Shown here piece by piece: positions 16,633 to 26,587 of a stretch of DNA of 64,000 bases. Each line of letters starts with the position of its first letter. Position 1 is the stretch's first letter. The notes beneath the pieces were generated by a model, which saw nothing but the letters and a program-made list of their open reading frames with translations, ran no database searches and was not told the DNA's origin. The position numbers and the translations under genes were made by a program. The stretch is from a virus, in the IMG/VR virus record IMGVR_UViG_3300032820_000003, positions 21,064-85,063 of that record; one strand, given 5' to 3'.

Positions 16633-18006
16633 CTAGGACGTAGCGTTCAAGTCACCAATCTTGGACTGTACCCAGATATTTCTGCATCGCATTTCACCCA
16701 TTGTGTAGAGTAGACCTCTAACAACAAGTGCATTGGCGGCGAAGTAATCTCTGTTCTCTACATACTGCGTGGGTTGCGCTATGGCAATTTCCATGTAGTC
16801 TGTATCAAGTACATAGATGTTTGACCCAAGAACTGAGTCATCGGCGGCTACTGAACTTGGTACATCCGCATCTGGTAGAATTGGGATACCTTGATAAGTA
16901 GCGAGGACTAGTCCAGTTCGTGTACCGGGGAAGGTTCTTTCAGAACCGACTCCAACCTGATACTCTTCCTGTCCCATGTACCTCTGATTGCTATTAAGCA
17001 ACCTTTCCAAGTTAAAGTACTGGTCGTGACCAAGTAGGATCAACTTAGGCTCACCACCATTCTGCCTGATATTCTGTATAGCTGTATCAAGCAAAGTAAG
17101 GGTGAGGTTTCGTCCAACACCAGCATTCATGCTGACGTTAGCGGATGCGTTCCATTGTCCTGCGGCCCTACCACCAAAGGTAAGGTCATAGGCTCGGATA
17201 CCACCATTTGCTGCGAAGTTAGCATTAGGAGTACCGCCAATAAAGTTTTGACCGTCCTCTGCTACTACGTCATCAAGTGATGTCATTCCAGCCCTGCTGT
17301 AAATAGCAACTCCGTCACCATCGGCAAAAGCTGTACCGCTTGCCAAGGTAACAACACCAGTAGTAGTATTAACAGCCGAGACTGTTCGTCCTACTTCACC
17401 TGTAATCCAGTTATTAGCTGAAGTGTCGTATTGTGCTACTGTGTCACCAACTTTAAAGCTGGCTGCCATAGATGCTGGAACTGTAAAAGAAGTTGTTCCA
17501 CCAGCAGATGTAATCATTGCTGCGGGGGACAATAGTTCCTCGTTAATTTCTTTGATGTGGTCAAGCTGTGCATTTTCGTTTTCCAACGCCAACACATCTC
17601 CTACGCCACCCTCAAGCTGTGCAGTAAAGACGGACTTTACCGATGCTCCGAAAGTGGTTGCTACGATTCGGGGTAAACTCGATACCGTTGCGATGTTTGA
17701 GATATCAACATCTGGAAGGGTTCCTGTTTCTGTAACAGGGCGGGATCGTCCTGAACCACGATCAGTTCTGACCCTCCAACCAGCTGTATTTCCCCAGACA
17801 GTTCTGGGAATGGCATTGAAGAAACGAGTTTGGTTATTCAAAGCTTGCCATACTTTTCGTCCATACGTAGTATTAAAAATACCAGTTGCAGTATCGACTG
17901 TGAAATATGATTGTTTCATCATATACTCAGGGCCAAATACGCTCTGATACAAACCACGCTGAGACTGTGCTACATATTCACTAAGTGATGGGTTTGACAT
18001 ACTCAT
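16633..18006 (-). CDS. Major capsid protein (HK97 fold) with an inserted beta domain
   Basis: Follows the scaffold gene and precedes a terminator; GGEPKLIL, LATYQGIPILPD and IYVLDTDY patterns; GGAGG RBS. Confidence 0.85.
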   Translation of the reverse strand: MSMSNPSLSEYVAQSQRGLYQSVFGPEYMMKQSYFTVDTATGIFNTTYGRKVWQALNNQTRFFNAIPRTVWGNTAGWRVRTDRGSGRSRPVTETGTLPDVDISNIATVSSLPRIVATTFGASVKSVFTAQLEGGVGDVLALENENAQLDHIKEINEELLSPAAMITSAGGTTSFTVPASMAASFKVGDTVAQYDTSANNWITGEVGRTVSAVNTTTGVVTLASGTAFADGDGVAIYSRAGMTSLDDVVAEDGQNFIGGTPNANFAANGGIRAYDLTFGGRAAGQWNASANVSMNAGVGRNLTLTLLDTAIQNIRQNGGEPKLILLGHDQYFNLERLLNSNQRYMGQEEYQVGVGSERTFPGTRTGLVLATYQGIPILPDADVPSSVAADDSVLGSNIYVLDTDYMEIAIAQPTQYVENRDYFAANALVVRGLLYTMGEMRCRNIWVQSKIGDLNATS

Positions 18007-18030
18007 TCCTCCTATAATTTTTTAGTGTTA

Positions 18031-18867
18031 TTAGTTTATTAATTCTCTTGGAACTCCATCTGTTTTGCCCATTTCAATATCGGCTTGCAGATTTCGTAGT
18101 TCTTTCCAAGAAAGATTCATTAATTGCTCGACAGTATCACCGTCACCAGCGGACTTCGCTATAGGCGTAGTTCCATCGGTTCCGATTCCTGCGTCAATCA
18201 TTCTAGGCCCTTGCAAGGAAGTTTCCTCTCGGAAGCCCATCTTGCGTAACCTCTCTTCACTTTCGTTCTGAATGGCTTTTTCCATGTTAGCCTCATACGA
18301 AGCGACCTGTTTCTTCAGATCGTCTAGTCTTTTCCTCATCTCTGCCATTTCATCATCGTCTTCTTCGGCATCATCTTCGCCTTCCTTTCTCATCTCTGCT
18401 GCTTTACCTTCTTCCTCTTCTTCGTCCATAGGATAATCATCTTCGCCCTTTTTAGCGTATTTTGCGCCTTCAACGGCTTCGTCATCCTCTTCTTCTTCAT
18501 GATTCTCTTTGAGCATAGCCTGAATAGTTGCCTGAACTGACTCAGTCTTACTATCAATACTAGCTTTCTTTTCGGAGTCATCGGCATTACCAGCAGACTT
18601 ACCAGTACTAGAAGCATTATTTACTTTAGTACCATCTACATCCATACCATTATCTCCTTTGATCATCGAAACTACTGCACCAGCTATTTCTTTAACGAGT
18701 GCTGTATGTTCCGCATTGGCTGCATCTTCTTCAGCCTTTCTCAATTCAGCTTCTTCAGTTGCTGAAAAGCGGGAATCCATCTTCTGTAGAACCTCGGCGA
18801 CTGCCGCTAGAGCCAAGTTGGTTCCCTCCATTTGCTTCTCCACTCTTGTCATTATTTCATCTGACAT
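18031..18867 (-). CDS. Capsid scaffolding protein
   Basis: Acidic coiled coil directly upstream of the capsid gene; start moved to MSDE after GGAGGTGATC. Confidence 0.75.
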   Translation of the reverse strand: MSDEIMTRVEKQMEGTNLALAAVAEVLQKMDSRFSATEEAELRKAEEDAANAEHTALVKEIAGAVVSMIKGDNGMDVDGTKVNNASSTGKSAGNADDSEKKASIDSKTESVQATIQAMLKENHEEEEDDEAVEGAKYAKKGEDDYPMDEEEEEGKAAEMRKEGEDDAEEDDDEMAEMRKRLDDLKKQVASYEANMEKAIQNESEERLRKMGFREETSLQGPRMIDAGIGTDGTTPIAKSAGDGDTVEQLMNLSWKELRNLQADIEMGKTDGVPRELIN

Positions 18868-18970
18868 AGGGATCACCTCCATTTTATTTTTGCTCCAACG
18901 GTTGGTCTTAGCCATCCGACCATTAGATTATATAGAAACCTATATTGTGATTTATATATTAACCACATTT

Positions 18971-18980
18971 TATTATACTA
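18971..18980 (-). promoter_or_regulatory. Putative late promoter for scaffold and capsid genes
   Basis: TAGTATAATA with an upstream ATTTT; no TTGACA. Confidence 0.7.
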
Positions 18981-19002
18981 TTTTTATAGAAAAATCCTAA
19001 CG

Positions 19003-19212
19003 TTAATCGTCTATTGGGGGTACTTCTCCAGCCGATAGACGTAATATATCGTTTCTAAAGTCATATAAAGGAACTTGAACCAGTTTTTTAAACTTTTCAC
19101 ATTGTGTTCCTTCAGGTAATGAAGCTTCAACTAAGTCTAAAACTTTACCTACCATACGTGAATGTCTTGCCACGATAAATTCTTGTTCTTTTGTTACATT
19201 TAAATCTGCCAT
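19003..19212 (-). CDS. Conserved phage hypothetical protein
   Basis: GAGG RBS; MVGKVLDLVEA motif. Confidence 0.7.
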   Translation of the reverse strand: MADLNVTKEQEFIVARHSRMVGKVLDLVEASLPEGTQCEKFKKLVQVPLYDFRNDILRLSAGEVPPIDD

Positions 19213-19227
19213 TCTTTTCTAACCTCT

Positions 19228-19716
19228 TTATACTTTTGTTTTAAAAGTAGTACTAACTAATTCTTTGACAATATTATTCTCAGAAAACCATTTATCTGCT
19301 ACGGTTTGTAGGATTGGATTCCCTTGTACCGCAGGAATAGTATCTACTATTGCCCAATTTCCATCAGGCATTAAAACTGGTTTCTGATTTTTATATGTTC
19401 GTCTATGTTTTCTAACAGTCGTATTTCTACTCCCGGTTTTTCTTCTATGCCGTTTTACATTCTGTACATATGTTCCTGACACAGGTTCGGCGGGCCTTCC
19501 ATTAGTCAATAAATCCATGTCAGGATGGTTGTAACCATAGTTTATCCCATCATTTGTTTTATTAATAAATTCAGACGCTCGTATATTTCGTTGTGTGTCT
19601 GAAGGAATGGAAGAATTTGCTATCCATTGATTCGTTTCTCTAATAGCTTTATCAGTTAGTTTCTCTATAGCTTTTTCCATAGCCAATCTAGCTATTTTTG
19701 CTTTAATATTAGCCAT
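19228..19716 (-). CDS. Basic morphogenesis protein, possibly neck or tail completion
   Basis: VKRHRR...VRKHRR repeats; follows a late-type promoter. Confidence 0.5.
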   Translation of the reverse strand: MANIKAKIARLAMEKAIEKLTDKAIRETNQWIANSSIPSDTQRNIRASEFINKTNDGINYGYNHPDMDLLTNGRPAEPVSGTYVQNVKRHRRKTGSRNTTVRKHRRTYKNQKPVLMPDGNWAIVDTIPAVQGNPILQTVADKWFSENNIVKELVSTTFKTKV

Positions 19717-19742
19717 AAAGTACCTATCCCCCCTATAATATA

Positions 19743-19751
19743 ATTATACTA
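19743..19751 (-). promoter_or_regulatory. Putative late promoter
   Basis: TAGTATAAT with an upstream ATTT. Confidence 0.6.
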
Positions 19752-19774
19752 AGTAAAACGAAATTTCCTGTTAT

Positions 19775-21073
19775 TTAATTATTAACCCATAATTCAGGCA
19801 ATACGTCTACGAATTTATCGCCACTATTATCATATCTATTCAAATATAATACCTCTTTACCTATACATCCATACTGTGGATGCCAGTATGTAGCTATTTG
19901 TTTAGGACGAGTAATTGCAGTTAATCTCTGTAATGCAAACTCATCTCCCCCCTTCATTGTTCCACAGATATGTATTTCACCTGTTCCTATATCAATCTCA
20001 TCTACTCGATGAAAATGACCTATCATAACAGAATCAAAATTGTCAGGAAGATTCCCTGCTACTCCAAGTTCCTCTCTCAAGGCTCGTTGGTATTCAAATA
20101 CAGAACGCATCTTTGTAATATTATTCTGAATAGCTGTTCCTGATCCTGCTCCCGAAATAGCATCTCCATGCATTATTAAGACTTTTCGATCATATACATC
20201 AAATGTTGTTGCATAACTCTTTGGTATATGAAATTTTATATTCTTCTGATCTCGACAGAAAGTTGCTACCCATTGATACAACATGTAATCCCAATCCATA
20301 AACTTGTCTTTCATTGGAGGTTTCCTAGTCATACGACCATGATTACCTACAACACATGGTACTTCAATTTCGGAAAAGTGTGGGGCAAAAAACATTAAGG
20401 CTTGGGCTATTAAATTAGCCCCTCTAATCATCTGTCCCATACAGTTATCAATATTAGTACGGGCTAACTCTTCATGGATATCTCCACTAATCATATCTCC
20501 TAACATAGGAATAATCAACTTATTAATTGGAGATGCTTTACGCCTTAACTCTACTAATTGTAATAATTGATTGGCCCATCCATATAATCGTTCATTAAAA
20601 ATATCAATATTATATTCATTTAATCCGACCATTTGGTCGATTTCAACTTTATCCCCAACATGAGTGTCCGATAACGGAGCGACCATAGTCTGCTCCCTGC
20701 CCTGTCCCGAAACCTTTTTAGGTTTAGGAATCGCCACAGAACGAATTGCGGGAGCAAGAGTCCGTATCGAATCCTCAAACACTTCATTTTTAACTTGATT
20801 TTTAATTGATTGTTCATATAGTTTCTTCCAATAAACTGCTTCTGTCTTAAACGTTTGAAGTTTTTTATCTAATTTAATCCTATCTGAACCATCTAAATCA
20901 TGTACTGCGTCAGCGATTTCTTCTGAAAAGATTTCCCTGTCGTACCACCTTTGAACTGTTGTTCGATGTACTTCCACTCCATACTCCTCCGCTAACCACC
21001 TCGTTATTCCCGTCCATGTCTGTCCTAGTTGTCTCTTTCTTACGATTTCTGATCTTGCCTGTTCTGGAATCAT
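19775..21073 (-). CDS. Calcineurin-like metallophosphoesterase with N-terminal HTH
   Basis: SDTH, GD, GNHG, HGD and GHFH motifs; HTH-like VEVHRTTVQRW. Confidence 0.9.
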   Translation of the reverse strand: MIPEQARSEIVRKRQLGQTWTGITRWLAEEYGVEVHRTTVQRWYDREIFSEEIADAVHDLDGSDRIKLDKKLQTFKTEAVYWKKLYEQSIKNQVKNEVFEDSIRTLAPAIRSVAIPKPKKVSGQGREQTMVAPLSDTHVGDKVEIDQMVGLNEYNIDIFNERLYGWANQLLQLVELRRKASPINKLIIPMLGDMISGDIHEELARTNIDNCMGQMIRGANLIAQALMFFAPHFSEIEVPCVVGNHGRMTRKPPMKDKFMDWDYMLYQWVATFCRDQKNIKFHIPKSYATTFDVYDRKVLIMHGDAISGAGSGTAIQNNITKMRSVFEYQRALREELGVAGNLPDNFDSVMIGHFHRVDEIDIGTGEIHICGTMKGGDEFALQRLTAITRPKQIATYWHPQYGCIGKEVLYLNRYDNSGDKFVDVLPELWVNN

Positions 21074-21188
21074 AATCCCTCCTAATCTCTAAATAAATAA
21101 TTTTTCCACATATCACACAGAGTAAATCCTTATCTGAATTTAAATACATAGCCCCTTCACATTTGGGGCATAATTTATGAGTTATCAT
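20910..21188 (-). CDS. Zinc-ribbon protein with a long 3' overlap
   Basis: CPKCEG...LLCVICG. Confidence 0.6.
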   Translation of the reverse strand: MITHKLCPKCEGAMYLNSDKDLLCVICGKIIYLEIRRDYDSRTGKIRNRKKETTRTDMDGNNEVVSGGVWSGSTSNNSSKVVRQGNLFRRNR

Positions 21189-21795
21189 CTTCTAAGAGAT
21201 GCATAATCTTCTGTATGTTTGTTGTACGACCATGATACGCCTCTTCCATTAGGTTGTCAAGGTCTTTCATTAATGATACTATCTCTGCTGATGGATCAAC
21301 ACTATCCGATACCGCTGATTCTCTAGAGCGTCTATCTTTCTGTTCTCCATCTTTAATTTGTTCTACTTGCATTACGTACTCTTGTTCAGCTTCCGCAGCT
21401 GTATTATCCATTTCAGATGGAAACTCTGATACTTTAGGAGTATCGTTTTCCATATGTCGTTGATCTAGTGCTTTTTTAAGAGTCTCATATTTCTTTTCAA
21501 CCTTCTTCTTTTTCTTGTTACCCCCACCATAAGTCGGTGTAAAGAATCCTGAATCAGTTGAGGTTGCTACAGCCCCACCAAATCCTCCGCCATCGCCTCC
21601 ATTCTCTTTTTGGAGGTCTGCTGTATCTTCATTCCACGATTGCTGTAGTGTATCGACATCCGTTAAAAGCATCTGCTGTTGTTCAGTAGATAAAAGTATT
21701 TTTGTTTTATGGAAGAGGTCTAAAAATTCCATATAGCCTTTCTTTTCAAAAACTTTTAAAAGACCTTTATACGCTCGTTCTTGTATTTTATCCAT
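21175..21795 (-). CDS. Head-associated hypothetical protein
   Basis: TAATG coupling; FTPTYGGG motif; Lys-centred repeats shared with other head proteins. Confidence 0.7.
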   Translation of the reverse strand: MDKIQERAYKGLLKVFEKKGYMEFLDLFHKTKILLSTEQQQMLLTDVDTLQQSWNEDTADLQKENGGDGGGFGGAVATSTDSGFFTPTYGGGNKKKKKVEKKYETLKKALDQRHMENDTPKVSEFPSEMDNTAAEAEQEYVMQVEQIKDGEQKDRRSRESAVSDSVDPSAEIVSLMKDLDNLMEEAYHGRTTNIQKIMHLLEDDNS

Positions 21796-24149
21796 TAATC
21801 ACGCTCCCCGTAAAGTAACCATTTAAAATCTGTATCATCAGGAACAGTCTTAAATGTCTCTTTATTATACTTGATATAATCCTCTGGGTCAATAGTAACA
21901 GGTGGTCTACGTCCACCAATTTCAAATTGTTTTAGTTCCCCGTTCTCAAAAGCGTCTAGATTTATTTTACCATGAAACCTATTCCATGAATTAGCTTTTA
22001 ATCCAGCCGCTACTTCTCGATTTCCTGACGCTTTAGATTGAGCCTTTACCGTCTCATTACTATTAGCATGTGTTCCGATTGCCATATAATGAAGGAAATC
22101 TTTCATAACAGCCTCATGATCATCAGTATGTAATAAATTCAGAATCTCTTTACGAGCAGCTTTAGGACTATCATTATTCTTTGCTAATGCCCATCGAGCA
22201 AAAGTCGGCATGACATGCCCATAACCTACATAAGAAGTTAAATGTTCTAGATTAGCGGCTTCTTCTCTTGAAGCTGCTTTAATATCATTCCCATACCGAT
22301 TAGATAGTATAATATGGGATACTGCTTCTGTCGGAGCCTCGTCCATAAAGACTTCAAAATGTTTAGTATCAAACTTCATCTCCTTATTAGAAGCGTTTGA
22401 AAAAGGACTCTTCATACCAAATCTTTTTACGTGTTGAATGCCTGTAATATCTCCCTTCATCAAACCCGCCATCCAATGAGAATCCCGTTTCCCCTCTCCA
22501 TGTGCTGCTGCATGTACCATTTCATGTGTAAGAGTATGCATTGCATCAAAAAACAAAGTATCATCATCACCATATAAATCAGCTACCATATAAGGATTCA
22601 AAGTAATATGATGGTCACTTGGTGTATAATAACCACCTAAGTGTTTATCTTCAACTTCTAATTTCATCTGATTCTTTTCCCAATCCATAAATTCCTTAGT
22701 AAGAAAAGCAGCTTCCTTATCTTTATCTGGATTAGCTTTTAAGTAATCATCAATAAAATTTTGCCCCCATTTAGAGTTTTCAAATGTCTCTCTTGCCTTT
22801 CTTCGTACCCTACTTTCAAACCTATATTTATTACCTATATAATGCGTCTTCCCATCTATGTCTTCATATTCCTCATGATTAAGTTGTACATCCGCTTGCA
22901 TGTCTATTTCAACCCCATCCACTTTAGGTTTAGAACTAAATAATTTAATTAATTGCTCAACACCCTCATTCATTAATTTTTCTTGTGCTAGTAGAGCCTG
23001 TTCGTGGTCAGAGTGTGCTTTATCCAAAGCACTTTCAGTTCGTGTTACATCTGGAAAATCTAGTACGGTTTTATTATAAGCTTCCACACTTTCAAATATA
23101 CTACTCTCTAAATCCTCTAATGAGTTAGCCATACGATATGCACTTGAAAGAGAAGCCTTCTCTGCCTCCTTTATTTTCTCAACTAAGGGTGCTATATGGT
23201 CTGCATGATATGTTTTTAATTGGTCAGAAATCTCTTCAAATTTTCGACCAGCTTCATGATATGCTGGATCAAAATTCGCTCCATCGGGTGTAGGATCACC
23301 TATGTAATATAAACCTTTTCTCGGCCCCCGAATAATTTTAGTTCCTTCAGGGGCTTGACTAACGTCTCGTATTTGAACCTTGTCTTCAGGCATTGGCCCC
23401 ATTGTAGTGGTATCCCAATCCATTATTGTTCCTGTCTCAGTATCATCTGGAGAATCATCTACAACAACAGATTGATCAGCTGAAGTCTCAGCATCAGGCT
23501 TTTCAATTTCTTCCTCATCCTCACCCGCTTTTAAGATAACCTCTAAACCTCGTTGTCGAGCAATATCAATAAACTTAGATAACCAAAAATCGGGCATATC
23601 AAATAGATCAACTTGTTTTTGAACGTTCTTTTCTACAAACTCTGTAGGTTGAGTATTACGTTTCTTTTTCCAATCAATACGTTTTGGGCCAAGTAAACCT
23701 CCATGTGTAGGAGGATATGATGGATGATTAGTACTTCTACCTTGTTGATAGTTCATTAGTTTTTGAACAGCACTTTCTTCCTTGTCATCATCTTCAACCT
23801 GTTCATCCCAATAAGCACCACGTTTTAAAGAATCACCTTGAGGGTTACCAAAGGAAAGGTCTTTATCAAGCTTCCTATTTTTACTGCGGGCGATAGTAGG
23901 TTTGGTTCCTTCTTGTTGACCACCTCGGCCCCAACCACCCATAGCTTTCTTATAACGAAAACCTTGTTGACGTTCTTCATCAGCATTACCATGTTTATCA
24001 TCGTCTGTAGAACCACGAGGATTAGTTAGCCATGCTTTTGTATAGCCTGAAGCGTAAGCAGCTTGAGCAACTTCCTCTGCCTTCTGCTTAGAATCGAATG
24101 GGCCTTGCTTACCCCAATACCATTTACCATCCTTTTTTCGGACTGGCAT
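21795..24149 (-). CDS. Multidomain head-associated protein with an HExxH metallopeptidase domain
   Basis: Directly downstream of portal; LGGYY..HHITLN, THEMVH and downstream EAPTE. Confidence 0.7.
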   Translation of the reverse strand: MPVRKKDGKWYWGKQGPFDSKQKAEEVAQAAYASGYTKAWLTNPRGSTDDDKHGNADEERQQGFRYKKAMGGWGRGGQQEGTKPTIARSKNRKLDKDLSFGNPQGDSLKRGAYWDEQVEDDDKEESAVQKLMNYQQGRSTNHPSYPPTHGGLLGPKRIDWKKKRNTQPTEFVEKNVQKQVDLFDMPDFWLSKFIDIARQRGLEVILKAGEDEEEIEKPDAETSADQSVVVDDSPDDTETGTIMDWDTTTMGPMPEDKVQIRDVSQAPEGTKIIRGPRKGLYYIGDPTPDGANFDPAYHEAGRKFEEISDQLKTYHADHIAPLVEKIKEAEKASLSSAYRMANSLEDLESSIFESVEAYNKTVLDFPDVTRTESALDKAHSDHEQALLAQEKLMNEGVEQLIKLFSSKPKVDGVEIDMQADVQLNHEEYEDIDGKTHYIGNKYRFESRVRRKARETFENSKWGQNFIDDYLKANPDKDKEAAFLTKEFMDWEKNQMKLEVEDKHLGGYYTPSDHHITLNPYMVADLYGDDDTLFFDAMHTLTHEMVHAAAHGEGKRDSHWMAGLMKGDITGIQHVKRFGMKSPFSNASNKEMKFDTKHFEVFMDEAPTEAVSHIILSNRYGNDIKAASREEAANLEHLTSYVGYGHVMPTFARWALAKNNDSPKAARKEILNLLHTDDHEAVMKDFLHYMAIGTHANSNETVKAQSKASGNREVAAGLKANSWNRFHGKINLDAFENGELKQFEIGGRRPPVTIDPEDYIKYNKETFKTVPDDTDFKWLLYGERD

Positions 24150-24150
24150 A

Positions 24151-26124
24151 TTAAATGTCCTCTGTAATATCTATAACAGATGGGGTTTCATCAATTGGTG
24201 TCTTAGGTCGTTCAGGTTTAGTATTACTGAAAGTAGCTTTCTCTACTGATAATACTCCATGCATTCCAAGATCGGCTACATAATCAATACCATTCTGTAA
24301 GAACCATAGTTTTGTACCATCAGGACTTATCTGTTTAACGACAGGACTAGAAAAACCTTTGTTCATTAAGTCTCCCATCCATGTCTTATTCATTGCCCCA
24401 CCAACTTCTTTATATCCGAACTGACGATTCTCTGCTTTCTTGGCTCGTGCCTCTGCATACTCATCAATATCACGTTCTTCATTGGGGGCTTTATCATGCC
24501 AGTCAGGAGTTCGTCCTGCGGTTCGTCCTTCAAACTTTCCATCAGCTTTAAGCATTGCCTGAATAGGGGTTCCTTCTTCGCCACTCGGAGGGGCAGGAAG
24601 TCCACCTTCACCTCCACCTTGAGTAGCTGCCATCTGTTGTTCCTGCATCTGCTGTTGGGCTTGAGCCATTTGATATTGTTGTTCTTGTTGAGCCAACTGC
24701 ATAGCTTGTTGTTCAGCTTGCATCTGAGCAGCAGGAACCATTTCACCGCTAATAATAAATTCGGCATCCTCCATTGGAACACCTTCTTCTTTTAAGGTAA
24801 ACATAAATCCTAGTTGTGACATAGTTTGCATTACTTGCGCCCGTTGCTGAATAAAACTGATTTTCGTAGCTTCAGCTTTTTCTTCAGGATTTGGCATCTC
24901 CAATGTCCAATCAGTTACACCGAAAGCCTCTAATAAAGCAGGAACAACCTTTTGATGAATCAATCGTTGATCACTCTCTACTACTCGACTCATAACAACT
25001 AATTGTTGGGTTTGTGTTGATAGTCCGCCGAAAGCTTCAGGTGCGCCTTGCCATGCAGGAGTAACACCCCACATAGCAGCAATTCGTTCTCGTATTTCCT
25101 CTCTAACAGGTAAATAGTCCATCTCTTGTAATGTATGGAATAGCCTTACAAGGTCTACTCGACCCCTCTGACTTCTAGCAGATACGGCTACCATTGGAAT
25201 AAAGTTAGGATCAATACGAGTTTGGGCTGCGATATGTTCTCGTTCTCTACGTAAGCTTTCAGGATCATCAGTTGTTACCATGATCATAGAAGCGGGCATT
25301 TTCCTCTCAAAGAAATAACGGTATAGATTTTTATCCATACCAATTAAAGTTAACCCTTTTTCAAAGATCGTAAGAATCGGACTCCAACCATAAGTTTCTG
25401 AAGGAGCGAACTTAGATACGTGGATAACTTCGTGTTCCAACAAATACAGGTGTTGATTTCTATGATAGTATTTATACATGACTGGTTGCAGTTCTCTCTT
25501 ACAACCGATTTCTTCACAAGTTCCCGGCCCTTCTGAGAGTTCTTCTCTGTGGATTGGGCATATAAAATGTGCGTTTTTAGGTAAGCCAGCTGTGTCAAGG
25601 TCAAACTCGACAAGGGCTGGATTAAGTCGTCTGATCTCTTTGACTTTGGATCGGAGGACATCCCCATCACTATAATACTCCTTTGCAATATATAGGAACG
25701 CATCATCAATTGAATTCAAATCAAAATGGAATTGTCTCATAACTTCTTCCAAACTCTGGGAGAAGATATTACAATTCTTCATAAATTTGTCAAGTAAATC
25801 TTTTTGTTCAGTATCAGGATCATCAGTTAAAGCTTTCCACTCTAAGCCCCTCCTAAAAACCTCATTTGTAATATGGTTTAAAGGAGATCGTATTTCCTGT
25901 ACCGACATAACAATAGTTTGTAAGTCCATAACTAATTGTTGTCTGTAAGCCATTTGGTGGCGTACCCAAGTATTGACTACGTGATCAAGTCCTATACTTG
26001 GAGCCGTTCCAGTCTCTGCACCATTACTAGCTTTCATTAACTGCATCATATCAATCTGTTGATTTAGATTAGTTAATTGTTGTGCTAGTTGTGGCACTTC
26101 TGGTAAATATTCTGATAATTTCAT
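24151..26124 (-). CDS. Portal protein
   Basis: Lies between terminase and head genes; IRRLNP, YGWSPI and RIAAMWGV patterns; Gln-rich C-terminal region. Confidence 0.85.
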   Translation of the reverse strand: MKLSEYLPEVPQLAQQLTNLNQQIDMMQLMKASNGAETGTAPSIGLDHVVNTWVRHQMAYRQQLVMDLQTIVMSVQEIRSPLNHITNEVFRRGLEWKALTDDPDTEQKDLLDKFMKNCNIFSQSLEEVMRQFHFDLNSIDDAFLYIAKEYYSDGDVLRSKVKEIRRLNPALVEFDLDTAGLPKNAHFICPIHREELSEGPGTCEEIGCKRELQPVMYKYYHRNQHLYLLEHEVIHVSKFAPSETYGWSPILTIFEKGLTLIGMDKNLYRYFFERKMPASMIMVTTDDPESLRREREHIAAQTRIDPNFIPMVAVSARSQRGRVDLVRLFHTLQEMDYLPVREEIRERIAAMWGVTPAWQGAPEAFGGLSTQTQQLVVMSRVVESDQRLIHQKVVPALLEAFGVTDWTLEMPNPEEKAEATKISFIQQRAQVMQTMSQLGFMFTLKEEGVPMEDAEFIISGEMVPAAQMQAEQQAMQLAQQEQQYQMAQAQQQMQEQQMAATQGGGEGGLPAPPSGEEGTPIQAMLKADGKFEGRTAGRTPDWHDKAPNEERDIDEYAEARAKKAENRQFGYKEVGGAMNKTWMGDLMNKGFSSPVVKQISPDGTKLWFLQNGIDYVADLGMHGVLSVEKATFSNTKPERPKTPIDETPSVIDITEDI

Positions 26125-26127
26125 TTA

Positions 26128-26568
26128 TTATTCCCTACCTAAATTAGTCATATCTTGCATTGATACTAATTTTAGAATTGATTGCATTGCTTTTTCCTTC
26201 AATTCATAATCTTCTGAATGAGAGACATCTCTAAGTACTTGAGATTTTCTTTCTTCCAAAAGTAAAATTTGTTCATGTAATTTTTGTATCTCCTGATCTT
26301 TTTCTAAGATCGTAGCTTCTAGTTCCGCTTCACCCGTTCCAAAATTAGCGTTTGCTAAAACTCCTGTTCGGGCTGCCTCTTTAACGATTGAGATAAATTC
26401 TCCTTCCGTTAATATCTTTACTGCTTCACTATCATCATCGATTTCATCTTCAGGCTGTAAAGATTTTAAATCTTCGTGCCATGTATCTAATATACGCCAT
26501 GTATTTGTAAGATCATCCTTAATTGCTACATATTGTACTTCTCTATCTCTTAACATATTCCCTATCAT
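26128..26568 (-). CDS. Hypothetical protein with a coiled coil
   Basis: AAGGAG RBS. Confidence 0.75.
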   Translation of the reverse strand: MIGNMLRDREVQYVAIKDDLTNTWRILDTWHEDLKSLQPEDEIDDDSEAVKILTEGEFISIVKEAARTGVLANANFGTGEAELEATILEKDQEIQKLHEQILLLEERKSQVLRDVSHSEDYELKEKAMQSILKLVSMQDMTNLGRE

Positions 26569-26587
26569 TTTACTTCTCTCCTTAAAT

